A stretch of 64,000 nt of DNA from a bacterium (GTDB lineage Bacteria > Patescibacteriota > Minisyncoccia > Phycocordibacterales > UBA5272), in NCBI GenBank assembly GCA_023267595.1, contig JAHFNB010000004.1:182-64181 (forward strand). The letters are read 5' to 3'. Position numbers and translations under genes: made by a program. Below are positions 1 to 8,169 of this stretch, piece after piece; position 1 is the stretch's first letter; each line of letters opens with the position of its first letter. Under the pieces are notes generated by a model. That model did no database searches and was not told where the DNA came from. It saw nothing but the letters and a program-made list of their open reading frames with translations.

Positions 1-46
1 CACATTGACGTTGTGAATGTCAGAGGTTCGAATCCTCTATCGCCCA
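1..46 (+). tRNA. partial tRNA, 3' portion only (window begins inside the gene); isotype not determinable
   Basis: T-arm agagg/ttcgaat/cctct (about 22-38), acceptor 3' strand atcgccc (39-45), discriminator A46; possible long variable-arm hairpin acatt...aatgt (2-20). The 5' half lies outside the window. Confidence 0.5.
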
Positions 47-343
47 CAAGAAATAAACGAAGTGATTTTTTTATGGGCGATAAGTACGACACCTGCGTGT
101 CGTATGTGAGGATTCGAATAGGGGTCGAAGAGTCTACTGTTTTGAGTAATCACAAAACGAGACGAGGTGACCGAACATCCTCTATCGCCCACAAGAAATA
201 AACGAAGTGATTTTTTTATGGGCGATAAGTACGACACCTGCGTGTCGTATGTGAGGATTCGAATAGGGGTCGAAGAGTCTACTGTTTTGAGTAATCACAA
301 AACGAGACGAGGTGACCGAACATCCTCTATCGCCCACAAGAAA
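34..343 (+). repeat. tandem direct repeat, about 2.1 copies of a 145-bp unit (34-178, 179-323, partial 324-343); each unit starts with the tRNA 3'-end core cctctatcgcccacaagaaa
   Basis: Read directly: the core recurs at 34, 179 and 324 (period 145) and the two full units are identical. The first copy overlaps the genuine T-arm/acceptor; later copies lack the T-stem partner. Confidence 0.85.
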
Positions 344-360
344 TCTGCTTTAGCAGATTT
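341..360. terminator. perfect hairpin aaatctgc-ttta-gcagattt closing the repeat array
   Basis: 8-bp perfect inverted repeat with a 4-nt loop, seen in sequence; it lies just upstream of the next promoter. Confidence 0.35.
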
Positions 361-399
361 GTGACCAAATCTCCCTGTTGGGTCATCAATATAATATTT

Positions 400-428
400 T
401 TGTAAGGACACGGTTTTGGTGGTATAAT
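400..428 (+). promoter_or_regulatory. sigma70-type promoter TTGTAA-N17-TATAAT driving the epimerase gene; the ATG is about 9 nt after the -10, so the transcript is essentially leaderless
   Basis: ttgtaa at 400-405, tataat at 423-428, ATG at 438. Confidence 0.6.
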
Positions 429-437
429 TGCCCTCAT

Positions 438-1361
438 ATGTCTCTGCAAGAACGCGTACTTATTACAGGTGCTGGAGGAATGCTAGGGAAGGCTGTTTAC
501 GAGAAAGCCATTGAAAAATACGGTAAAGATTTCGTTACGGCTACTGATATTGATCTTAATGAAGAGTGGCTCTCTATGCTCGATGTGCGTGATATTAAGG
601 CGTATGAGAATGCATTTGAAACATGGAAGCCAACTATCGTATTTCATCTTGCAGCACATACTGATCTTGAATACTGTGAGAAGAATTCAACTGATGCATG
701 GGCAACAAATGCTCTTGGTGCAGAAAATGCAGCAATACTTGCTCGTAAACATGATGCACTTTTGATTTATATAAGTACCGCGGGGATCTTTGATGGAAAG
801 AAGGATGAGTATGCAGATTTCGATACTCCTTCTCCACTTGGATATTATGCAAAGTCAAAGTTTCATGGGGAAAAGTTTGTGGAACAACATCTAAGTAGAT
901 ATTATATTTTCCGTGCGGGATGGATGATGGGAGGAGGAGTACAGAAAGATAAAAAGTTTATTAACAAGATTTATAAGCAGATAAAAGCAGGCGCACAAGA
1001 ATTATTTGTCGTTGAAGATAAGTTAGGGACACCAACATACACTGTTGATTTTGCAGGAGCAATGATGAAAGTAATTGATAGTGGATACTATGGATTGTAT
1101 AATCAAGTATGTGAAGGGGGTGGAAGTCGTTATGATGTTGCAGTAGAATTCGTACAACAACTAGGTCTTACTGACTCTGTTAAAGTGACAAAAGTAACGT
1201 CGGACTACTTCAAAGAAGAATATTTTGCAGAACGACCTGCATCTGAAAAATTATTGAATGTAAAACTTTCAATGCGAGGCATCAACTATATGCGAGATTG
1301 GCGTGTGTGTTTAGCAGAGTACGCCGTAGAGTTTAAGAATGATTTTTATGGAACATTATGA
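438..1361 (+). CDS. NAD(P)-dependent epimerase/dehydratase (extended SDR family; dTDP-sugar reductase / UDP-sugar epimerase-like)
   Basis: Rossmann motif VLITGAGGMLGKAV and catalytic YxxxK (YAKSK). An internal ATG at 438 was chosen over the ORF-track start at 378 because 378-437 contains the promoter. Confidence 0.75.
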   Translation: MSLQERVLITGAGGMLGKAVYEKAIEKYGKDFVTATDIDLNEEWLSMLDVRDIKAYENAFETWKPTIVFHLAAHTDLEYCEKNSTDAWATNALGAENAAILARKHDALLIYISTAGIFDGKKDEYADFDTPSPLGYYAKSKFHGEKFVEQHLSRYYIFRAGWMMGGGVQKDKKFINKIYKQIKAGAQELFVVEDKLGTPTYTVDFAGAMMKVIDSGYYGLYNQVCEGGGSRYDVAVEFVQQLGLTDSVKVTKVTSDYFKEEYFAERPASEKLLNVKLSMRGINYMRDWRVCLAEYAVEFKNDFYGTL

Positions 1362-2775
1362 TTTTGTAGTTCTAGGAGGTGGAGTTTCAGGACTTGGTTT
1401 TGCCAAGCGTGTCAGTGAACATGGAAAGAAAGTTTTGATATTAGAAAAAGAGGATGTTGTTGGTGGCCTTTCTCGTTCACTTTTTTATAAAGGATTTTAT
1501 CTTGATTTTTGTGCGCATCGTTTCCATACGAATAATAAAGAGTTACTTCATGAAGTAATGACACTCCCAGGGCTTGATATGAAAAAACATATCAAGAAAA
1601 GTCGTATCTATATGTTCGGTAAGTGGCTCAAGTATCCTTTTGAAATACAACAATTACTCGTTGCCATGCCTATTCATCAGAGTTTTGTAAGCGGCATGTC
1701 ATTTGGGTGGAATCTTCTTACAAAAAAGTTTCGAAAGACAAGTAATCTCCAATCATACAAAGAATGGTTTATTCATCTCTATGGGAAACAACTTTATAAT
1801 GTAATGTGTTATCCATATACATCGAAGATTTGGCATTATGATCCAGGGGAAATATCGGCAGATTGGGCAGATCAACGATTCCAAGGGGAGAATCTCAAGA
1901 AACTCTTTAAACGTGTGATTAAAAAGATTCTGACACTTGATTTCTCTAGTTATGATTTAAAAGATGATTCTCTTGCACCAGATGGTGGTCCATTTTATTA
2001 CCCATTGCGTGGTATTCAAGAAATGTGTGATGCACTTGCTCGTGCGGCGACTACTACAGGAACACAGATAGTAACGAGTGCAACAATTACAGGTGTTCAT
2101 ACTGGAGAAAAAACAGTTACCTATAGTGTTAATGGTGAGACAAAAACGGTGACTTATGGCGGGCTTATTTCTACAATACCGATGCATCAGTACTATGCTC
2201 TTCAAGAACGAAAGGATAAAGATGTAGAAAAGGCATTACATGATATTAAATACATGGATATTATCTTCGTGTTTGTATTTCTCAAAGTCCCTCAGGTTTC
2301 AAACGATCATTGGTTATATTTCCCTGACAAAGATATTATCTTCAATCGTGCAGTAGAGTTTAGTAATTGGTCACCAGAGATGTGTCCACCTGGTAAAACA
2401 TCAATTTGTTTTGATATTACAACATTTAAAGAAAATAAAGAGTGGAATATGTCAGAAGAAGAATTAAAAAAGAAAGTGATTGATGATGCAGTACGTGTAG
2501 GATATATCAAACGTGAAGATGTAGAAGATGCTCTTGTTACAAAAATAGAGTATGCATACCCATTCTATGATCTTGATTATAAACGAAAATTAGACGTCAT
2601 TATGCATCATCTAGAACATAATGATGTCGCACTTCTTGGTCGCACAGGGATGTTTAAATACAATAATTCTGATAATTCTATTGAAATGGGATTTGCGCTA
2701 GGGGATGAATTTTTGAAAAAAGATGGAAAGCATTCGGTATACGAATATAAAGTAAAAGCACCAGTGAGTTATTAA
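1348..2775 (+). CDS. FAD-dependent oxidoreductase (amine-oxidase / UDP-galactopyranose-mutase-like)
   Basis: N-terminal FAD dinucleotide-binding motif DFVVLGGGVSGLG...LEKEDVVGG. Overlaps the upstream gene by 14 nt; the alternative start is 1339. Confidence 0.65.
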   Translation: MEHYDFVVLGGGVSGLGFAKRVSEHGKKVLILEKEDVVGGLSRSLFYKGFYLDFCAHRFHTNNKELLHEVMTLPGLDMKKHIKKSRIYMFGKWLKYPFEIQQLLVAMPIHQSFVSGMSFGWNLLTKKFRKTSNLQSYKEWFIHLYGKQLYNVMCYPYTSKIWHYDPGEISADWADQRFQGENLKKLFKRVIKKILTLDFSSYDLKDDSLAPDGGPFYYPLRGIQEMCDALARAATTTGTQIVTSATITGVHTGEKTVTYSVNGETKTVTYGGLISTIPMHQYYALQERKDKDVEKALHDIKYMDIIFVFVFLKVPQVSNDHWLYFPDKDIIFNRAVEFSNWSPEMCPPGKTSICFDITTFKENKEWNMSEEELKKKVIDDAVRVGYIKREDVEDALVTKIEYAYPFYDLDYKRKLDVIMHHLEHNDVALLGRTGMFKYNNSDNSIEMGFALGDEFLKKDGKHSVYEYKVKAPVSY

Positions 2776-2778
2776 AAA

Positions 2779-3879
2779 TTATTTTAAGAGGTCAAATAAT
2801 GACCCACCACTTGCGAGGATAAAAAGTGAGACAGAAGAAAGGACAGGTAACAGAGAAAGGAAATAAAAAGTTTTTATTTTTTCCTTATTCTCTAGTGACC
2901 ATACAACGAAACCTATTAATGCAAATGGGACAATAGCCACATATCCTATATATAACACACGAGTGAGGAACATTGGCCAAATGAGTACTGGTAATGTTGC
3001 AAGCAATAGTGAACCACCCAAGATATAATTTTCTTTTGTGATAGATGTCTTTTTACGTAGGAGAGCATAGACCAAATATAAACAATATACCCATAAAAGA
3101 TTAAATGTAGATGCCTCAGTGAAAAAGAAATAGAAGAAGGTATGGTAGGTACTTTCAAATGTTTCTTTATTATAGAAATACCAATTGATAAAAGAAATGC
3201 CAGTTCCATTTCCATGGAACAATGAATATAAAAACAATGCTTGTAGAACAATAAAAGGAATACTTATGGTTAGAATATGTTTAAGGTATTCTTTTTTCTT
3301 TGTGTATACAAACATACTAAGCATATAGACACCTGCAAAAAATAATCCTAACACTCCAGTTTCTTTACAGAGTGATCCTAAGAATCCAAGGATTGAGGAG
3401 AATACGATGAGAAATGTACTTTGTTTACGTAAACCAATGAGAAATGTAGTGATGGTTGCAAGTGTAAAAAACCACCCAGAAATATCAGTAAGAAGTACAA
3501 GTCCAAATTTAAGAAGAGGATATCCAGTAGCAATCCATGTTGTCCCAATGATAGCAGACTTTTCTTTGAATCCTAGTTCTCGTAAAAAGAAGTACGATAA
3601 TATAATAATGCCAAAATAAAAGAATATATTGATAACAAGTATTGCCTGATGTTCTGTAAATAACGGCGTGAGATATGATCCAAGTATTCCGTAGAGCGGT
3701 TTAAAAGAACGTTTTTCTATATCTGGTGTTATTGCTATCTCATGATTTGCATAACGAATTTGGTCGACATAGACAACAGTATCTGTTTGTATATTAAGAA
3801 GACCATTACGATTAAAAATAAAACCAAGAGTTGCAACTCCTACAAGAATGATAATTGATAGAGCATGCTTGGTCTTCAT
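2779..3879 (-). CDS. polytopic integral membrane protein (GT-C-like glycosyltransferase or oligosaccharide-polymerase candidate)
   Basis: About 10 predicted hydrophobic helices with no soluble domain. It sits in a glycan-synthesis neighbourhood next to a GtrA-like gene. Confidence 0.45.
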   Translation of the reverse strand: MKTKHALSIIILVGVATLGFIFNRNGLLNIQTDTVVYVDQIRYANHEIAITPDIEKRSFKPLYGILGSYLTPLFTEHQAILVINIFFYFGIIILSYFFLRELGFKEKSAIIGTTWIATGYPLLKFGLVLLTDISGWFFTLATITTFLIGLRKQSTFLIVFSSILGFLGSLCKETGVLGLFFAGVYMLSMFVYTKKKEYLKHILTISIPFIVLQALFLYSLFHGNGTGISFINWYFYNKETFESTYHTFFYFFFTEASTFNLLWVYCLYLVYALLRKKTSITKENYILGGSLLLATLPVLIWPMFLTRVLYIGYVAIVPFALIGFVVWSLENKEKIKTFYFLSLLPVLSSVSLFILASGGSLFDLLK

Positions 3880-3881
3880 AA

Positions 3882-4286
3882 TTAGTGAAAGATAAATTTT
3901 TTACGAACCCAAAAGTTGTAGATGAGTATAATACAGGTCGATATCATTTTTGAAAAAAGATAGTATACGGCAAGTTTTTCTGTAAAAAACCAGATGAGAG
4001 ATTGGTTAAGTGCGAGGCCTGTGAGACTCACAAAAACTATGAGCCAGTATTCTTTGTGAATATTTGCAATTTTTGACCCTGTAAAGACGAAATATTTTGC
4101 AAGAATGTAATTGATATTTAGCCCAATAATAAATGCAATTGCTGCAGAAGTTAAGTAGTGAATATGTGCATATTCTGTAAGAGTAAAAAGTGTACCGAAA
4201 TCAAATAAAAAAGCCGTACCACCAACGAGGAGATATTTGAAAAACTGTAGTGCTAGTTTCTCATGCTTTTTAAGCAGGGTTATCAT
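3882..4286 (-). CDS. GtrA-family small membrane protein (polysaccharide synthesis/translocation accessory)
   Basis: About 130 aa, four TM helices, N-terminal motif FFKYLLVGGTAFLFDFG typical of the GtrA family. Confidence 0.65.
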   Translation of the reverse strand: MITLLKKHEKLALQFFKYLLVGGTAFLFDFGTLFTLTEYAHIHYLTSAAIAFIIGLNINYILAKYFVFTGSKIANIHKEYWLIVFVSLTGLALNQSLIWFFTEKLAVYYLFSKMISTCIILIYNFWVRKKFIFH

Positions 4287-4305
4287 TAAGGGTCAGTATA
4301 GCATT

Positions 4306-5820
4306 TTACACTCCACGCAAAACGGTTATTTTCGCTCCAATCGCGTTTAATCTCTCGGCAATATCTGCATACCCACGTTTTATAGAATAGACGTTTCTGA
4401 GCAAGGATGTGCCTGATGCTCCAAGCATTGCAATCAGAATAATTGCCGTAGGACGAAGTGCAGGAGGGGATACAATTTGTGCACCGCGCAGTTTGGTCAC
4501 TCCTGTAACTAGTGCTCGGTGTGGGTCGAGTAATTTTATATCTGCACCGAGTCTGTTTAATTCCGTAAAATAAATAGCACGATTCTCCCATGTCCAATCA
4601 TGAATAAGTGTTTGACCAGAGGCTATGCAACTAATGGGGACAAAGAAAGGGAGATTATCATTATTAATACCGGGAAAAGGTTGTGCATGTATCTTATCTG
4701 TCGGAGCAATGATTTTTGAAGGAAATATAGTGATATCGACAAGTGAAGTTCTGCCATTTTTTGCAAAATATAATTTTGAAAGGGTAAAACGTAATCCCAT
4801 ACGTTTTAATTTTTCTAATTCGAGTGTAAGAAATGTAATTGGTGCACGTGTTATGGTGAGTTTGGATTTTGTCACGATTCCTGCGGCAATGAAGAACATA
4901 CTCTCTATTGGATCTTCACTATTGTAGTGTTCGATATTTACATCGATATCCTTTTTCCCATGTACTATAAGTGTTGTGGTACCAATACCTTCTATTACTA
5001 TACCAAAACTCTCTAGGAGGAAACATACATCTTGTACTTGATAATTTGGTGGTGCAAACATAATAGTTGTTTTCCCTTCAATACGTGATGCGGCCAGAAT
5101 TGCAGTAATCGCACCAGTGTCAGATGATTCGTAGAGTGGAATAGTCCCCGTATGTAGTTTTCTATATGAAATATCGTAGTGGTTTTCTTTTGTCTCGACA
5201 TTAATACCAAGGTATTCTAGAGCATATTTATGTGATGCAACCGTGCGTTCACCCATTTTACATCCACCAGAATGTGGAAGTGTAAAATGATTACCATAAT
5301 GAACAAATGCACCCGCAAAGGTAAATGATCTAATTTGTGTTGCAACGGCTTTGTCTATTTTTGAAAAAGAAAGTTTCTTAGGGGGTGTGATTTCAAGAGC
5401 AGTGTCATCATATATCCACTTTATCTTTACACCGACACTTTCGAGCAATTCTTTGTAGCGATGTACTTCTTCTATGTGGGGGATATCACGTAAAATAGTC
5501 GTGCCATTATTGACGAGTGCAGCAACCATCATATTGATGGCACCATTTTTTGAGGTATTTGTCTTTATACTACCTGAAAGTTTATGACCACCCTCTACTT
5601 TGAAATCAATAGCATTGTGAATACTCACTATGTTGTGTTTAAGGACGTCGCTCATCTTCATGAGTTGGTCTATAGTTACATTTTGATTTCCTGATTCTAT
5701 GCGCGCAACTGCAGACTGGGATGTTTTGAGAGACTTTGCAAATTCTCCTTGCGTCATTCCACGCTCTTCACGTAGTTTTTTTATGAAAAGTCCTATTTTT
5801 TCTTGATCATTAGGAGGCAT
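4306..5820 (-). CDS. murA: UDP-N-acetylglucosamine 1-carboxyvinyltransferase (MurA) fused in frame to an N-terminal XRE-family helix-turn-helix domain
   Basis: Residues 10-55 (IGLFIKKLREERGMTQGEFAKSLKTSQSAVARIESG) form an HTH_3 domain. The remainder aligns to MurA, including the catalytic loop GGCKMGERTV (E. coli GGCTIGARPVD) and the C-terminal RGYADIAERLNAIGAKI. Confidence 0.8.
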   Translation of the reverse strand: MPPNDQEKIGLFIKKLREERGMTQGEFAKSLKTSQSAVARIESGNQNVTIDQLMKMSDVLKHNIVSIHNAIDFKVEGGHKLSGSIKTNTSKNGAINMMVAALVNNGTTILRDIPHIEEVHRYKELLESVGVKIKWIYDDTALEITPPKKLSFSKIDKAVATQIRSFTFAGAFVHYGNHFTLPHSGGCKMGERTVASHKYALEYLGINVETKENHYDISYRKLHTGTIPLYESSDTGAITAILAASRIEGKTTIMFAPPNYQVQDVCFLLESFGIVIEGIGTTTLIVHGKKDIDVNIEHYNSEDPIESMFFIAAGIVTKSKLTITRAPITFLTLELEKLKRMGLRFTLSKLYFAKNGRTSLVDITIFPSKIIAPTDKIHAQPFPGINNDNLPFFVPISCIASGQTLIHDWTWENRAIYFTELNRLGADIKLLDPHRALVTGVTKLRGAQIVSPPALRPTAIILIAMLGASGTSLLRNVYSIKRGYADIAERLNAIGAKITVLRGV

Positions 5821-5828
5821 GAAAAAAG

Positions 5829-5846
5829 TATATCATATGTGATATA
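5829..5846. promoter_or_regulatory. 7-4-7 perfect palindrome tatatca-tatg-tgatata, 9 nt upstream of the HTH-murA start codon; operator candidate
   Basis: Seen in sequence, immediately 5' of a gene that itself encodes an XRE HTH domain. Confidence 0.5.
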
Positions 5847-5913
5847 TCATAAAATATGTGAATATAAGAGAAAACTCGGACACAGGGTCCAAGTTTTTAT
5901 AAAGAGGGAAAGT

Positions 5914-6540
5914 TTATACGGGAATCGCAGTTTTTTGTTTGAAGAGTGAAATATCAAGATTCCAGAGTTTGGCAGGGTTAAAGTAAGGATTAGGTATATC
6001 CAAAACTGATTTTTTCACAGATTTTAACCTTTCAAACTCTATATAACCCTCGACATCCGCAGAGTAGTAATCGCGGTATGCACTATATCCTTCGAGGTGA
6101 ATGGCAAATGTGCCATCTGTGTTGAGTACCATCTTGAGTGAGTGCGTTGCTTGGTTACTCATTTTATGCAGAGTAAGGAGAAGATTTCCCTTCTCACACG
6201 AGACGCCAAACTTCTGCTCATCGTAGTGGTATTCATTGATATCATGAGAACACATGTGCATTACGAGAAATGAAACAAGATATGCCATGCCATTCAGAGT
6301 TCCAAACTCGATATCTTCTGTTGGGAACAAGTAACGCACTGTATCCCCAATTAAGCGATCACAACACGTTTGCGCGAATATCGATGGGTCAAATCCGACT
6401 TTTAGACCTTCCCTTGTCGAGTTTTCAGAAAAGCCATCATTTTTTCCATTGAAGAAATTTCTAGCACCTTCGACAAACAACGGGAAAGAAAAATGTTGTA
6501 TTGTTCGCATTTTTACCAACTCATACCTTAGGTTTTTCAA
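5914..6540 (-). CDS. hypothetical protein (soluble, about 200 aa)
   Basis: ORF with no motif I can assign confidently. It lies between murA and mntH. Confidence 0.4.
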   Translation of the reverse strand: MKNLRYELVKMRTIQHFSFPLFVEGARNFFNGKNDGFSENSTREGLKVGFDPSIFAQTCCDRLIGDTVRYLFPTEDIEFGTLNGMAYLVSFLVMHMCSHDINEYHYDEQKFGVSCEKGNLLLTLHKMSNQATHSLKMVLNTDGTFAIHLEGYSAYRDYYSADVEGYIEFERLKSVKKSVLDIPNPYFNPAKLWNLDISLFKQKTAIPV

Positions 6541-6631
6541 GATTATCTCCCAAGTTCTAGGTTAGAAGAAGGACAACTTCTCTATTTCTACCATACATAG
6601 GGGTGGTAGGTAAAGCATAAGATTTTTGTGT

Positions 6632-7897
6632 TTAACGGAAGAGATTATAGAAGAAATAAATGGTAAGTGCAGACATGAGAATGGTAATAATGATTCCAAA
6701 GAAGTTTCCAAGTTTTCCGGTTGTTCTGTCACCCATAATCTTTTTGTTATTTCCTACAAGTAAAATGAGAATCATAAGTGGCGGCGCAAGTAATCCATTT
6801 AATATTGCTGCATAGTAGAGCATAGTCATTGGATTAATAGGGGAAAGATTCACAAGTATTCCTACAAGTGTTGCAACAATGATAACAAGGTAAAATCCAC
6901 GTGCTTGGGTAAATGTTTTACTCAATCCTTCACTCCAGTTTGCGGCTTCTGCTATTGCATAGGCTGCAGAACCTGCAAGGACGGGGACAGCAAGTAATCC
7001 AGTACCGACAATACCAAGCGTAAAGAGTAATGATGAGAAATCTCCTGCAAGCGGGCGTAATGATTCTGCAACTTGAGCAGCAGATGTCACTGAAGTAATG
7101 CCATTTGCACCGAGTGTGGCTGCGGCAGTGATAATAATAAAGAATGTAACGAGATTTGAAATAAACATTCCAAATGCAGTATCGGTACGCATTTGTGTAA
7201 TGTCTGCTCTGGTAATCTTTGGCACACCACGACCCATGGCGCGTATTTTGTGATGCATGAGTTCCTCTTCCACTTCTTCATCGGCTTGCCAGAAAAATAA
7301 ATAAGGAGAAATGGTTGTACCGAGCATTGCTGTTACATTCAAAATATACGCAGTATTCCATTCGAAATGAGGGATAAGCGTTGCATTTAAGATTAGCCCC
7401 CAATCTTGTTTAACGGCAAATGCTGCTATGATATATGCAAACACGGTGAGTGCAAGGTATTTTAAGAAAGAAACATATTTCGGATAGGGAATGAAAACTT
7501 CTGTAAGAATAGTGATAGCAGTAAGTATAAGAAGTGCAGGAACAAAAGAAATAGGAAGTACGAGTTGTGTTGCTGCAGCCATAGCCCCTAAGTCTGCACC
7601 GATATTTATGATATTAGTAATTGCGAGTAATGCAATCGCACCAAACAAAATAGGACGAGAATAGTGTTTCTTTAAAATACCTGCAAGACCAGTTCCTGTA
7701 ACTAATCCAATGCGTGCACACATCTCTTGAATGGAAACCATGAAAGGATATGAAAAGAGTGCAAGCCATAATTGTCCGTATCCAAACATAGCACCAGTTT
7801 GTGAGTATGTTGCAATACCTGAAGGATCGTCATCTGCAATACCAGTAATAACTCCCGGTCCTACTGCCTTTTTAAGGCGTTGTATTAATGATTTCAT
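6632..7897 (-). CDS. mntH: Nramp-family divalent metal (Mn2+/Fe2+) transporter
   Basis: Nramp signature GPGVITGIADDDPSGIATYSQTGA, about 11 TM helices. Confidence 0.9.
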   Translation of the reverse strand: MKSLIQRLKKAVGPGVITGIADDDPSGIATYSQTGAMFGYGQLWLALFSYPFMVSIQEMCARIGLVTGTGLAGILKKHYSRPILFGAIALLAITNIINIGADLGAMAAATQLVLPISFVPALLILTAITILTEVFIPYPKYVSFLKYLALTVFAYIIAAFAVKQDWGLILNATLIPHFEWNTAYILNVTAMLGTTISPYLFFWQADEEVEEELMHHKIRAMGRGVPKITRADITQMRTDTAFGMFISNLVTFFIIITAAATLGANGITSVTSAAQVAESLRPLAGDFSSLLFTLGIVGTGLLAVPVLAGSAAYAIAEAANWSEGLSKTFTQARGFYLVIIVATLVGILVNLSPINPMTMLYYAAILNGLLAPPLMILILLVGNNKKIMGDRTTGKLGNFFGIIITILMSALTIYFFYNLFR

Positions 7898-7964
7898 ATA
7901 GCCCTTAGTTTATAGTCAATAGTTATTAGTTACTAGGGGAATATAAACATATTAAATAAAAAAC

Positions 7965-7994
7965 TATATTTACTTGACTAGTCAAGTAAATATA
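7965..7994. promoter_or_regulatory. 30-bp perfect palindrome tatatttacttgact-agtcaagtaaatata; metalloregulator-type operator candidate about 70 bp upstream of mntH
   Basis: 15+15 perfect inverted repeat read directly. It overlaps the -35 of the consensus promoter listed next. Confidence 0.6.
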
Positions 7995-8003
7995 TGCTAT
8001 AAT
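7974..8003 (+). promoter_or_regulatory. consensus sigma70 promoter TTGACT-N18-TATAAT on the + strand; the -35 is embedded in the palindrome
   Basis: ttgact at 7974-7979 and tataat at 7998-8003. There is no + strand CDS downstream, only a structured 160-nt region and a terminator. Confidence 0.55.
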
Positions 8004-8009
8004 ATATTG

Positions 8010-8141
8010 ATTAGGATACATGATCAAAGTTTTAGAGATGATCATGGAAAGGGCTGAAGGAAAATCCTAGGTTGGATACCGTGCCTCCGGAGACCAACCC
8101 TATACTTTGCTGATGACAAAGTATCAGTACTCGAGTGCATC
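8010..8141 (+). ncRNA. candidate small structured RNA, or cis-leader if read from the other strand for mntH; identity unknown
   Basis: Bracketed by the consensus promoter and an intrinsic terminator. Contains an 8-bp inverted repeat catgatca...tgatcatg, stems aggttgg/ccaacct and agga-aaaa-tcct, and no ORF above 16 codons. Confidence 0.3.
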
Positions 8142-8169
8142 AAAAACCGAGATACGTCTCGGTTTTTTT
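8142..8169. terminator. bidirectional intrinsic terminator (A-run, ccgaga-tacg-tctcgg, T-run) shared by trxB (-) and the putative + strand small RNA
   Basis: Hairpin flanked by A6 on one side and T7 on the other. The trxB stop codon abuts it. Confidence 0.7.

Noticed and set aside
34-343. Possible CRISPR array at the window start
   Set aside because: The period is 145 bp and the inter-repeat sequences are identical, so they are not unique spacers. The repeat core is a tRNA 3' end. No cas genes are nearby.
13-364. ORF-track proteins 13..201, 167..364 and 37..237 inside the tandem repeats
   Set aside because: They are translations of the tRNA fragment and repeat units: duplicated peptide text, no start context, and they overlap a structural RNA.
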